DNA of 64,000 bases. Source: Octopus sinensis (Eukaryota). Below are positions 38,493 to 50,523 of this stretch, piece by piece (the stretch's first letter is position 1; the number at the start of each line of letters is the position of its first letter). A model generated the notes under the pieces. The model made no database searches, had not been told where the DNA came from, and saw only the letters and a program-made list of their open reading frames with translations. Where the stretch lies: positions 16,120,001-16,184,000 of the forward strand of contig NC_043001.1 in assembly GCF_006345805.1 (NCBI RefSeq), in the 5' to 3' direction. Position numbers and translations under genes: made by a program.

Positions 38493-39930
38493 AAGGTGGC
38501 GAGCTGGCAGAACCGTTAGCACACCGGGCGAAATGCTTAGCGGTATTTCGTCTGCCGTTACGTTCTGAGTTCAAATTCCGCTGAGGTCGACTTTGCCTTT
38601 CATCCTTTCGGGGTCGATAAATAAAGTACCAGTTACGCACTGGGGTCGATGTAATCGACTTAATACCTATGTCTGTCCTTGTTTGTCCCCTCTATGTTTA
38701 GCCCCTTGTGGGTAATAAAGAAATAGGTATTTCATCTGCAGTTACGTTCTGAGTTCAAATTCCGCCGAGGTCGACTTTGCCTTTCATCCTTTCGGGGTCG
38801 ATAAATAAAGTACCAGATACGCACTGGGGTCGATATAATTGATTTAATCCGTTTGTCTGTCCTTATTTGTCCTCTCTGTGTTTAGCCCCTTGTGGGTAGT
38901 AAAGAAATAGGTATTTCGTCTGCCGTTACGTTCTGATTCAAATTCCGCCGCGGTCGATTAAATAAGTATCAGTTACGCACTGGGGTCGTTATAATTGACT
39001 TAATCCGTTTGTCTGTCCTTATTTGTCCTCTCTGTGTTTAGCCCCTTGTGGGTAGTAAAGAAATAGGTATTTCGTCTGCCGTTACGTTCTGAGTTCAAAT
39101 TCCGCCGCGGTCGATTAAATAAGTACCAGTTACGCACTGGGGTCGATATAATTGACTTAATCCGTTTGTCTGTCCCTATTTGTCCTCTCTGTGTTTAGCC
39201 CCTTGTGGGTAATAAAGAAATAGGTATTTCGTCTGCAGTTACATTCTGAGTTCAAATTCCGCCGAGGTCGACTTTGCCTTTCATCCTTTCGGGGTCGATA
39301 AATAAAGTACCAGTTACGCACTGGGGTCGATGTAATCGACTTAATACCTATGTCTGTCCTTGTTTGTCCCCTCTATGTTTAGCCCCTTGTGGGTAATAAA
39401 GAAATAGGTATTTCGTCTGCAGTTACGTTCTGAGTTCAAATTCTGCCGAGGTCGACTTTGCCTTTCATCCTTTCGGGGTCGATAAATAAAGTACCAGTTA
39501 CGCACTGGGGTCAATGTAATCGACTTAATACCTATGTCTGTCCTTGTTTGTCCCCTCTATGTTTAGCCCCTTGTGGGTAGTAAAGAAATAAGTATTTCCT
39601 CTACTGCTACGTTCTGAGTTCAAATTCCGCCGCGGTCGATTAAATAAGTACCAGTTACGCACTGGGGTCGATATAATTGACTTAATCCGTCTGTCTGTCC
39701 CTATTTGTCCTCTCTGTGTTTAGCCCCTTGTGGGTAGTAAAAAAATAAGTATTTCGTCTGATGCTACGTTCTGAGTTCAAATTCCGCCGAGGTCGACTTT
39801 GCCTTTCATCCTCTCGGGGTCGATAAACAAAGTACCAGATACGCACTGGGGTCGATATAATCGACTTAATCCGTTAGTCTGTCCTTATTTCTCCTCTCTG
39901 TGTTTAGCCCCTTGTGGGCAATAAAGAAAC
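38493..39930 (+). mobile_element. SINE family A tandem array (8 units, long and short variants)
   Basis: One head followed by about 184-bp and about 156-bp units. Confidence 0.9.
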
Positions 39931-40440
39931 GGATAGGTGAAACACACGCTAACGACGCATGCGCGTTCTTTCTTTCGCTCGCACCCACACAAACACACCC
40001 ATTGACCAGTTGAATAGTGAAACATATACGCTCGCACAATGTATATATGTTTGTTTGTCTTTATGTACGTACGTGTGTATAAAAGACGTGTATATAAAAG
40101 ACCACACATACACGCGTGCGCGCGAAACACGCCCTTTACTCTCTTTCACTTGTTTCACTCATTTGACTGTGGCCATGCTGGAGCACCACCTTTTTTAGTC
40201 GAGCAAATTGCCCCCAGGACTTATTCTTTGTGAGCCCTAGTACTTATTCTATCGGTTTCTTTCGCCGAACTGCTAAGTCACAGAGACATAAACACACCAG
40301 CATCGGTTGTCAAGCGATGTTGGGGGCGGGGACAAACATACACACACACATATATATATACATATATACGATGGGCTTTTTTCAGTTTCCGTTTACCAAA
40401 GCCTTGTGAGTGGATTTGGTAAACGGAATATATATATATT

Positions 40441-40483
<43 letters not shown>

Positions 40484-40924
40484 GTGTGTATGTATATATA
40501 TATGTGTGTGTGTGTGTGGCTTTGGTCGGCCCGAGGCTATAGTAGAAGACACTTGCCCAAGGTGCCACGCAGTGGGACTGAACCCAGAACCATGTGGGGA
40601 TCTTTTCAATATCGTGGCCAGGACCCCAGATCTTTCTAGTTAACTAAATAATTTGAAACTTCGTGTACTCATAGAGTGGAACTAGTTTATTTGAGAAAAA
40701 TCTACAGAAATCTATAGAAAAACATTGCTTGTTTTCATATCTAAAACGTTACTGCGATCTGTTAGTGTGGAGTTGAAAGCAGTTTTGTGACGTAGTCTGC
40801 TCTCTCTTTGTAAGTCTGTCTGCCTCCCCCTCTCTTACTATATTACATTTATCTTGCTTGAACTCATTGAAATAAAACGTCCTCCTTTTTTTCTGTCTGT
40901 CTGTCCTTTTCTCTCTCTCTCTCC

Positions 40925-40966
<42 letters not shown>

Positions 40967-41101
40967 GTATATATGTATGTTCATATATGTATGTAAATAT
41001 TTATGAAATAAATAAACACACATATTCGTGCGGATGTATTAAATATCTAAAATGTGTGAGCCTTATATAATTAAACTGATGATATATATATATATATACA
41101 C

Positions 41102-41134
<33 letters not shown>

Positions 41135-41434
41135 CGTGCGTGTAATGTATGTATAATTATATATATGCGTGTGTGTGTGTGTGTCTGTATGCGCGCGTGT
41201 GTGGTGTGGTGTGTGTGTGTGGACGGAAAACAAGCTTTTTACCAGACAGCCACTCTTGCGCCTATACTGTCAACTGGTTACTTAAAAAAAAAAAACATTA
41301 CGTGTTTGAACTTCGAAAAAATAACTCTGTAAGTTATTTTCTTTCAAAATTACAGAAAAATTAAACAAATCGTCGTTTTCCGCGGTTTCTTGTTCCGACT
41401 TGTTTCTGCTTATTCATACACATTCCGCTCAACC

Positions 41435-42286
41435 ATGGACTACACAGATGCACAACGTGTTGAAGGTATATTTTTTAAAGAGAGAAACCCCGATTCACAA
41501 CCTGAAGATGTTGAAATGGTGTCTGTTGAAGGAAGTAGCGAATCTGTAAATGCCAGATATGACATGGATCGTAACAAAGAAAACCTGGCTTTGATAATCA
41601 ACAATGAAAGTTTCGACGAATCGACTGGTTTCTCTAACCGACAAGGATCCGACAAAGATGCATCAGCAATTAAACACACATTGGAGTCGTTGCATTTTAA
41701 GGTAATTAACCGCAAGAATTTATCAGTGAAAGACATGAAGCAAATCTTTAAGGATATATCCACGATGGAGCATGCGGAGCATAACTGCTTCGTTTGTATT
41801 ATATTGACTCACGGTGAAGACGGTAACCAGATTTATGGCACTGATGGAGAAGTAAATCTTAACGAGTTAGTGCAGATGTTTCTTCCTGATAGATGCCCAG
41901 ATTTAATAGGTAAGCCAAAACTATTCTTCGTACAAGCCTGTCGGGGAAGGAAAGAGGACAGCGGTGCACCTATGCACGATGCCGGCGATGTTAGAGAAAA
42001 ATATCAAAATGTCACATCTCACAAAGTACCACTTGGGGCCGACATGCTTCTGGCTTATTCCACTGTCCCTGGATTTTACTCCTATAGACGTTCTACGACT
42101 GGATCTTGGTTCATTCAATCGCTAGCCCACATTTTGGAAAAACACGGAGACCGACTTGAACTGCAACAATTAATGATTTTGGTAAACCGTAAGGTTGCCT
42201 ATGAATATGAGCATTCTTGCACTAAAATGAAACAGGTTCCTTGCGTGGCAAACATGTTAATGAAAGAGTTATACTTTTACAAGTAA
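41435..42286 (+). CDS. Effector-type caspase (caspase-3/7-like), intronless, paralogue 2, 283 aa
   Basis: Same length and motifs as paralogue 1 (THG, QACRG, GSWFIQ). About 38 amino-acid differences by manual count. ORF intact. Confidence 0.93.
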   Translation: MDYTDAQRVEGIFFKERNPDSQPEDVEMVSVEGSSESVNARYDMDRNKENLALIINNESFDESTGFSNRQGSDKDASAIKHTLESLHFKVINRKNLSVKDMKQIFKDISTMEHAEHNCFVCIILTHGEDGNQIYGTDGEVNLNELVQMFLPDRCPDLIGKPKLFFVQACRGRKEDSGAPMHDAGDVREKYQNVTSHKVPLGADMLLAYSTVPGFYSYRRSTTGSWFIQSLAHILEKHGDRLELQQLMILVNRKVAYEYEHSCTKMKQVPCVANMLMKELYFYK

Positions 42287-42490
42287 AATCTTTCCTCTTC
42301 TTTCACTTTTTATATACACGCACACTATTATTTTTCTTATACTTTTCAGCCTAAAGGCTGTGAAAATGCTAAATATATGTCTATTTCTGTTACTATTTAG
42401 TAGAGGTAACAGAGTTGCTGAAGGCCCGAATGTTTTGTCGTTTTATAAGTGCCAACACACGGAAATTTCACGTCTTGATTCACTCTTCGC

Positions 42491-42741
42491 TACTACTTGA
42501 GAACAGTGGCCCCGGTGCGCGTAGTCGCGCATCCGCGCTAGCTAGTCGTGACTAGTCAATCCTACAACGACTACCTAGCAAAGTAAATAAAACACTAAAT
42601 AGATAATTTTTTTACGCAAAGTAAATAATTTTTGTTAAACAAAGCAAATAAAACACAAAAATACAAAGTAAGGATCGACTAGCTAGAGAGGATGCGCGAC
42701 TACGCGAGTGCGCGCACCGGGACCACTGTTCTCAAGTAGTA
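42491..42741. mobile_element. GC-rich MITE in the caspase-2 3' region
   Basis: TACTACTTGAGAACAGTGGCCCCGGTGCGC / GCGCACCGGGACCACTGTTCTCAAGTAGTA, with inverted similarity extending about 58 bp. Absent from the paralogous flank. Confidence 0.85.
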
Positions 42742-42764
42742 CCTACTCTCTTACTAAACAGCAA

Positions 42765-42946
42765 TAAAGTCGCCATGATAGATCGTTAGCCACTTCACAC
42801 ATTTTTTTCTCTCCTTGTTTTTTCTGTAGAAGAGCGTAGGCTCGAAATGTAAAAGACTTTTTCTATTCCTGAGCCTTATACTAATACATCTGTTTGTTTT
42901 GTACACCACCTGTCTTCGTATTTTGTTTTTTCCATAAACTCTCCCT

Positions 42947-42950
<4 letters not shown>
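42765..42950 (+). mobile_element. Solo Penelope terminal-repeat remnant with decayed hammerhead (42819-42855)
   Basis: Similar to the reverse complement of 51738-51950. Contains TTTT CTGTAGA A GAGC gtag GCTC GAAATGTA AAAG and abuts (TA)n. Confidence 0.75.
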
Positions 42951-42999
<49 letters not shown>

Positions 43000-43097
43000 A
43001 CCGACCAGACCATCAGATGTTGTTACACATCGCTGGTAACAATGCGTTCGCATTGTTTTAGCCTTTGAATGACGCCACCCCGCTGGCTAAGCGAGCA

Positions 43098-43100
<3 letters not shown>

Positions 43101-43144
<44 letters not shown>

Positions 43145-43178
43145 TATTATATGTATGTATAATGTATGTATGTATGTA

Positions 43179-43211
<33 letters not shown>

Positions 43212-43274
43212 ATATATATGTATGTATATATATATGTATGTATGTATATATATGTATGTATGTATATATATATG

Positions 43275-43345
<71 letters not shown>

Positions 43346-43817
43346 GTATATATATATGTATGTATGTATATGTATGTATATATATGTATGTATGTATATA
43401 TATATGTATGTATATGTATGTATGTATGTATGTATATATATGTATATGTATGTATATGTATGTATGTATGTATGTATATATATGTATGTATGTATATATA
43501 TGTATGTATGTATATATATGTACGTATATATATGTATGTATGTATGTATATATATGTATGTATGTATATATATGTATGTATGTATGTATATGTATGTATG
43601 TATATATATGTATGTATGTATATATATGTATTATGTATGTATGTATATATATGTATGTAATGTATGTATATATATGTATGTATGTATGTTGTAGATAGTG
43701 TATGTATGTATGTATATATATTATGTATGTATGTATATATATGTATGTATGTATATATATGTATGTATGTATATATATGTATGTATGTATGTATGTATGC
43801 ATGTATGTATATATATG

Positions 43818-43856
<39 letters not shown>

Positions 43857-43977
43857 GTATATATATGTATGTATGTATATGTATGTATGTATGTATATGT
43901 ATGTATGTATGTGTATGTATGTATGTATATATATGTATGTATGTATATATATATATGTATGTATATATATATGTATG

Positions 43978-44010
<33 letters not shown>

Positions 44011-44106
44011 GTATATATATGTATGTATGTATATGTATGTTATGTATGTATGTATGTATATGTATGTATGTATATGTATGTATGTATATGTATGTATATA
44101 TATATA

Positions 44107-44155
<49 letters not shown>
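43101..44155. repeat. 1-kb compound (TA)n/(TATG)n microsatellite
   Basis: Direct reading. Explains all the YI/MYVC ORFs here. Confidence 0.97.
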
Positions 44156-44159
<4 letters not shown>

Positions 44160-44443
44160 TCATGTGTGTAAAATACTTGAATTGTGTACTTACTTGTCTT
44201 AATTTCTGCTGAGAGCACTTGCTAAATTTGTGTTACTGGTGAACAGTTTCTTTAAAATTATTAAATTACTGGTAACATAAAAATAAAATTGATAATTGTA
44301 TACATGTGTTCTTAGAGACTGATAAAGTAAGTATCCAGCTTAGAAAATAGGGGCACTGGCATTGGTTTGTTTGACTGCATAACACCTTCATCAACCAAAG
44401 CCCTTTGAGTGGATTTGGATGGTGGAAACTGAAAGAAGCCTGT

Positions 44444-44484
<41 letters not shown>

Positions 44485-44898
44485 TATATATAAAACTCAA
44501 CTTGTGTGTCTGTGTGTTTAACTTCCCGGCACATCTCCTCCTAGCCAACAAATCGTAGAACCAACAAAAATGGGTCACTTAAAGTTTAGGCGAATGAAAA
44601 TTGAACTGCTCTATTTCTGTTCCGAAATTCATCTCACAAGTGCAAAAATCGACAATGTGTTTGTTTAGGCCTTATCCCATGCATTGAATAGTGAACTTTA
44701 CTCAGTCAGATGTTTGACGTGAACTGTGCTCACCACGCGTACAAGCATGCGTAAATTGCATGAAAAATAAAAAATCAAGATATAAAAACGAATCACCGTA
44801 AACATTGTAGAAATTCGGCAAAGAAATGAATTTTCGGGATGTAACCTGGAGGGTTTTTCCGTATTAATCGTTTGGACTTTGTGAACACATACCAATTA

Positions 44899-45273
44899 TC
44901 TATATATATAAAGCTGAAGTTGTCTGTGTGTGGCAGGTTTGGTAGCCTTCAACTAACACTATCTCCTCCGAGACCCTGTGGCGCAAGTTGACCAAAATTG
45001 AGAGTATGATAGAAGAAGGCTTGCTCTTCCTTCCGTAGAAGAAAAAAATTCAAATCGGACCATGTTAACACCAAAAATTATTTACATCAAAAAGGTGCTT
45101 TTTTTCTATGAAAATCCCTATTTTTTTACGATTTTTTGACTGCTGTGTCGCCATTTTTCGGTGTATTTCAACCAGAAAAATGTTCACTTAAAGAGAATAA
45201 CAAGCTACATAATGCAAATTTTTTTACTTTTCAAAAATTCCAATTCTAAAGCAACGCCGGGTGATACTGCTAG
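44899..45273 (+). mobile_element. Non-autonomous Helitron (different body, shared 3' end)
   Basis: A|TCTATATATATAAAG start and GCAACGCCGGGTGATACTGCTAG|T end. Confidence 0.8.
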
Positions 45274-45956
45274 TATATATATATAGGCGAGCTGGCAGAC
45301 ACGTTAGTGCACCGGGTGTAATGCTTAGCGGTATTTTGTCTGTCGTTACGTTCTGAGTTCAAATTCCGCCATCCCTTTGTCTGTCCTTGTTTGTCCCCTC
45401 TATGTTTAGCCTCCTGTGGGCAATAAAGAAATATATATATATATCACCGTGACCAACCAGGCTATTAGATGTTGCTACACATCGCTGGTCACAATGCGCT
45501 TCACATTGTTTTAGCCTTCAAATGACGCCACCCCGCTGGCTGAGCGAGCAGGTCAACAGAAGAAAGACGCGTGAGAGAAAGTTGTGGTGAAAGAGTACAG
45601 CAGGGATCGCCACCACCCCCTGCCAGAGCCTCGTGGAGCATTTAGGTGTTTTTGCTCAATAAACACTCACAACGCCCAGTCTGGGAAGTTTCATTCAGTT
45701 TCCATTTATCCAAATCCACTCACAATGCTTTGGTTGTTGTGGGACTATAGTGGAGGACATTTGCCTAAGGAGCTGTGCAGTGGGACTGAAACCAAGACGA
45801 CATGGTTGGGAAGCAAATTTATCCCCACAGCCATGTCTGACAGCAAAAACAAAGAAGAAAAGAATATACAGTTCTATATTTAAGAGATGAGGAATTATGT
45901 ATATTATTTACATTATTTACATTTGACGGATATTTGTCCTCATCTTGTTTGTTGTT

Positions 45957-46002
45957 AACACAATGTTTCGGCTGATATACTCTCCAGTCTTCATCAGGAG
46001 TC
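45957..46002 (-). ncRNA. Decayed minimal hammerhead ribozyme (left arm)
   Basis: Reverse-complement copy of 46303-46348 with one loop difference. Confidence 0.65.
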
Positions 46003-46224
46003 TTGGGGAAATTTCAAACCTGGGTTCTCATTCCTAAGGTATTTGTTGATGTTATTGTTATTATTATTATTATTATTCAGGTCACTGCCTGGAATCAAAC
46101 TCGGAATCTTGGGGTTAGTAGCCTGCGCTCTTAACCCCTATGCCATATGCCCATGGGCATATGGCGTAGTGGTTAAGAGCACAGGCTACTAACCCAAGAT
46201 TCCGAGTTTGATTCCAGGCAGTGA

Positions 46225-46256
<32 letters not shown>

Positions 46257-46302
46257 TAGAAAAATACCTTAGGATGAGAACCCAGGTTTGAAATTTCCCC
46301 AA

Positions 46303-46348
46303 GACTCCTGATGAAGACTGGAGGGTATATCAGCCGAAACATTGTGTT
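46303..46348 (+). ncRNA. Decayed minimal hammerhead ribozyme (right arm)
   Basis: GACTC CTGATGA A GACTG gagggtatat CAGCC GAA ACAT T GTGTT: canonical CUGAUGA/GAAA core, stems I and II each with one mismatch, ACAT probably derived from palindromic ACGT. Confidence 0.65.
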
Positions 46349-46821
46349 AACAACAAACAAGATGAGGACAAATATCCGTCAAATGTAAATAATGTAGAAA
46401 AGAATATAACCATCACTTGGAAGGAAGTGTGACTTGGTTGTGAGTACTGAGTTTTACTAATTGTTTTTGGTGCCTGGGATCTGACATAGATATCTCCTTG
46501 GCCCACCCAAACTTGACTCATCAAGGAGGTGGCAGCTGGAAGGGAAAAAGGTCTGTACCATGATTAGGCTGATACTCATTTTCAGCTAAGTAAGTAAAGT
46601 GGACCATTGTAAAATGAAATACTTTGTTCAAGGACTCAATACACTGCCCAGTGTAGGAATTGAACCCATGATGTTATGGTCAAGAGGCCAACTTTCTAAT
46701 CTACTGGACCACAAGCTTTCACGTGATAATCAGGTATAGTATATATAAATTCACAATCAAGGGTGAAGGATCAACATACTCCAAGAGATAATCCAACAGT
46801 TTAATGCAATCCAAGAATTAA

Positions 46822-47602
46822 TCCCTTTTGTTATTATATTTATTTTGAGATGCTCTGTGTTTCTTTCAATTAATTTTAAATATAACAAAGAATTTAGTAA
46901 AATAACTTTATTATCATTAAGCTGATGTTTGGAACATAAATTGTGACTAAGGTTTGGTGGAAAACAACTTATGAAAACAAGACATTTGTACTACAGAGCC
47001 AGAGCCGGGTTGATATTGAAAGGGTTGAATTAATCATTTGTTAACCCTTGTGTTACCATATTTTTGTTAAGATGCTCTGTGTTTCATCATCATCATCATC
47101 ATTTAACGTCCGTTCTCCATGCTAGCATGGGTTGGACAGTTCGACCGGGGATCTGGGAAACCAGAAGGCGGCTCCAGTCTGATCTGGCAGTGTTTCTACA
47201 GCGTGTTTCTTTCAATTAATTCTAAATATAACAAAGAATTTGTAAAATAACTTTATTATCATTAAGCTGATGTTTGGAACATAAATTGTGACTAAGGTTT
47301 GGTGGAAAACAACTTATGAAAACAAGACATTTGTACTACAGAGCCAGAGCCGGGTTGATATTGAAAGGGTTAAATTGATCATTTGTTAACCCTTTTGTTA
47401 CTATATTTGTGTTGAGATGCTCTCGGTTTCTTTAAATTAATTTTTAATATAACAAAGAATTTAATAAAATAACTTTATTATCATTAAGCTGATGTTAGGA
47501 ACAGAAATTGTGACTAATGTTTGGTGGAAAACAACTTATGAAAACAAGACATTTGTACCACAGAACCAGAGGTGATTTCAGCCGGGTTTGGTATCAAAAG
47601 GG
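46822..47602. mobile_element. Three tandem piggyBac-like MITEs; the middle copy carries an RTE-tail insertion (about 47085-47200)
   Basis: Each unit reads approximately TTAA CCCTT...AAAGGG TTAA. Bodies near-identical, short spacers. Confidence 0.8.
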
Positions 47603-48368
47603 TTAAGATAATCCAAGAATTAAATACTCCAAAGTATTAGTTGAATGAATGGGGAAGGACCATGTGACTATGCAATAACAGGCAAATCAATAGCAAATGA
47701 CAAATTCAAATACAAAGACAACAGAAGTCCAAGGAATGTTAACTCTAAATATTAGGTTGAGTCTCAAAGAAAAGATATAATGTTAAAGTTAGTAAAATGC
47801 TGCCTTGTGATGAATATTTCTGTAGAATACCATATTGGTTTCAAATTTTGGCACAAGGTTAGCAATTTTGGGGTTTGGAGTAAGTCAACTATATCAACCC
47901 CAGGGCTGAACTGGTACTTATTTTACTGAATCCAAAATGAAGAAAGGCAGAATGTGAAGATGGATGAAATGCCTCTAACCATATTGCTTGGCATGCTAAC
48001 AATTCTGCCTGCTCTTTGCCTTATTCTGTAGAATACTACACTGGTTTCAAATTTTGGTATATGGCCTGTAATTTTTGGGAATGGGGATAAATCGATTATA
48101 TTAACCCCCAATGCTCAACTGGTATTTATTTTATCAAGGTTGAAAGAATCATGGTAATAATTCTGCCAGTTCTTTGCCTTATTCTGTAGAATACTATATC
48201 CAAAATGTAATGTGAATGATATTTTGGCAGTATTCTGCAAAAAAAGTTTTAACTATGAATGTCCCTTTTTGTAAAAGAGTTCAGTTTCTATAAAAATCAT
48301 GTAACACGATTTTTGCCCTTGGGTAGTAACTATTCTTATTTGTTTACCCCAAGAAAGTTTGAAAAATA

Positions 48369-48955
48369 AAGGCGGCGAGCTGGCAGAAAGGTTAGCACGC
48401 TGGGTGAAATGTTTAGCGGTATTTCATCTGCTGCTACGTTCTGAGTTCAAATTCCGCCGAGGTCGACTTTGCCTTTCATCCTTTCGGGGTCGATTAAATA
48501 AGTACCCGTTACGCACTGGGGTCGATGTAATTGACTTAATCTGTTTATCTGTCCTTGTTTGTCCCCTCTGTGTTTAGCCCCTTGTGGGTAGTAAAGAAAT
48601 AGGTATTTCGTCTGCCGCTACGTTCTGAGTTCAAATTCCGTCGAGGTCGACTTTGCCTTTCATCCTTTCGGGGTCGATTAAATAAGTACCCGTTACGCAC
48701 TGGGGTCGATGTAATTGACTTAATCTGTTTATCTGTCCTTGTTTAGCCCCTTGTGGGTAGTAAAGAAATAGGTATTTCGTCTGCCGCTACGTTCTGAGTT
48801 CAAATTCCGCCGAGGTTGACTTTGCCTTTCATCCTTTCGGGGTCGATTAAATAAGTACCCGTTATGCACTGGGGTCGATATAATTGACTTAATCTGTTTA
48901 TCTGTCCTTGTTTGTCCCCTCTGTGTGTAGCCCCTTGTGGGTAGTAAAGAAATAA
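48369..48955 (+). mobile_element. SINE family A tandem array (3 units) with TSD
   Basis: Flanked by AAGAAAGT(T/A)TGAAAAATA. Confidence 0.9.
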
Positions 48956-49176
48956 GAAAGTATGAAAAATAGTAATATTTCCATCAAACTTTGCTTTTTG
49001 TTATATTCATTCAAAGTACAAAGAATCCCCCTTCAACACATAGCTGTGGTGCCTCTCCACTACTCCTAATCAGGATCAGAGATGCACATATTGTCAGCCA
49101 CTAAAGGACATGCTCAAATTGGTTATGGTCAAACAACTAGCGAACAGATCTGTGGTATTGAGCAGATTATTTGCTA

Positions 49177-49740
49177 CTAGCAGTATAGCCTGGCGCTGCA
49201 CCGGATTAAGTTAGGATTATTAAGCTAATCAAGTGCTTTGTTTCAAACCAAACTAAGTAACACTGATGTCAAATTTGAGCGAAATCTGTTGAAAAATTAA
49301 ATATATACATATACTACATGTATACTGTATATACATTTCTTTCAGAGCGGTTCATCTTTGGTTTTCTGTATAATTAAAACTATATATATGTTTCTTTCAG
49401 ACAACACGAACTCACATAAAGAATCTTGCAAACTAAATCCAAAAACGAAATAGTTTATCTTTGTTTTTTCTGTATAATAGTCGCCATTGCAGGGGACTTA
49501 ACTCATGTTAGCAAACACCAGATTTCACCGACGTGAAAATTGGTAAAAGTTATGGATGAAAATCGATTTTTAACCCCTATTCACTGGTGCCTTGAGGGAA
49601 AATAATTTGACGAAAATACAGCTAGCGTCGTGACAAATGTCCTCCTAAAATTTGAGCGACATGCATGCTAATTTGTGGATGTGCATAAACTACATTTACA
49701 TACGCAGACACACATACATCATGCCTTTTATATATACAGA
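49177..49740 (-). mobile_element. Non-autonomous Helitron
   Basis: Minus strand starts TCTGTATATATAAAAG and ends with hairpin-ATACTGCTAG. Confidence 0.7.
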
Positions 49741-50134
49741 TAACAATATTTCTGATTCAGCAACTCAGCGCTGAATCTATCTGAAATGTAATGGTCACAA
49801 AAGCAAAGTTTGAAGGGAATAGTAGTGATTTCCTCAAAAATCAAAAATCAAAATCAAATTCGATGACTGGCGTCCATGCTAGCGGGTTGCAAAGAGCACC
49901 ATACGAGTGTGATCATTGACAGAGCGGCTAACTGGCTTCCTTGCCAGTGACACTTAAAATGCACCATTCAAGCATGATCGTTACCAGCGTCGCATTACTG
50001 GCACTCAAGCCCCCGTGCTAGTAGGGTATTAAGAGCACCATCCGAGAGTGATTGTTGCCAGAGCGGCTATCTGGCCTCCATGCCGGTGACATGTAGGAGG
50101 CACCATTCGAGTGTGATCATTACCAGCATCGCCC

Positions 50135-50389
50135 TCCTTGCACTTGGCGAAGGCAAAATATCAGGGGATGAAAATGGTAATATTGCCATCGATTCCATTT
50201 GTACCATTGTTAAGACGCCTTCTGATCTCATCAACTATCCAATAGAGGTACTCAATTCCTTTGAGCACCCCGGACTACCACCACACTTTCTCAAACTTAA
50301 AGTTGGTGCCCCTATAATGCTCATCAGAAATTTGGTTCCTCCAAAACAATGCAATGGCACACGTTTGATCGTTAAGTCCTTATCCAAGG
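50135..50389 (+). mobile_element. Helitron PIF1-helicase fragment, internally deleted
   Basis: YPIEVLNSFEHPGLPPHFLKLKVGAPIMLIRNL.PPKQCNGTRLIV is a typical Helitron/PIF1 segment. Confidence 0.85.
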
Positions 50390-50474
50390 AATAGAGTTTT
50401 AATCTCTTGAGTCTTTCCCAGTATCTTATATGCTGCACAGAGGCTATCTTCTTCGTGTAGCTTCGTTGGATATA

Positions 50475-50523
<49 letters not shown>

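Larger units (their letters stand above)
45869..46395. mobile_element. Palindromic non-autonomous retroelement: tRNA-like head + (AAT)n + hammerhead in each arm
   Basis: Inverted arms 45909-46153 and 46154-46396 centred on CCCATGGG. 13-bp direct repeat AGAAAAGAATATA at 45856-45868 and 46396-46408. A-box TGGCGTAGTGG (46162-46172) and B-box-like GAGTTTGATTCC (46204-46215). Confidence 0.8.

Noticed and set aside
38493-39930. CRISPR-like periodic array
   Set aside because: Units are 156-184-bp SINE bodies with no unique spacers, no cas genes, and a eukaryotic context.
43023-44212. Many long YI/HTY/MYVC ORFs (also near 2147, 13446, 14137, 26433, 51485)
   Set aside because: Translations of TA, TATG and CA microsatellites.
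46155-46228. Functional tRNA gene
   Set aside because: A and B boxes are present but the acceptor, anticodon and T stems pair poorly, and it is part of a TSD-flanked mobile unit.
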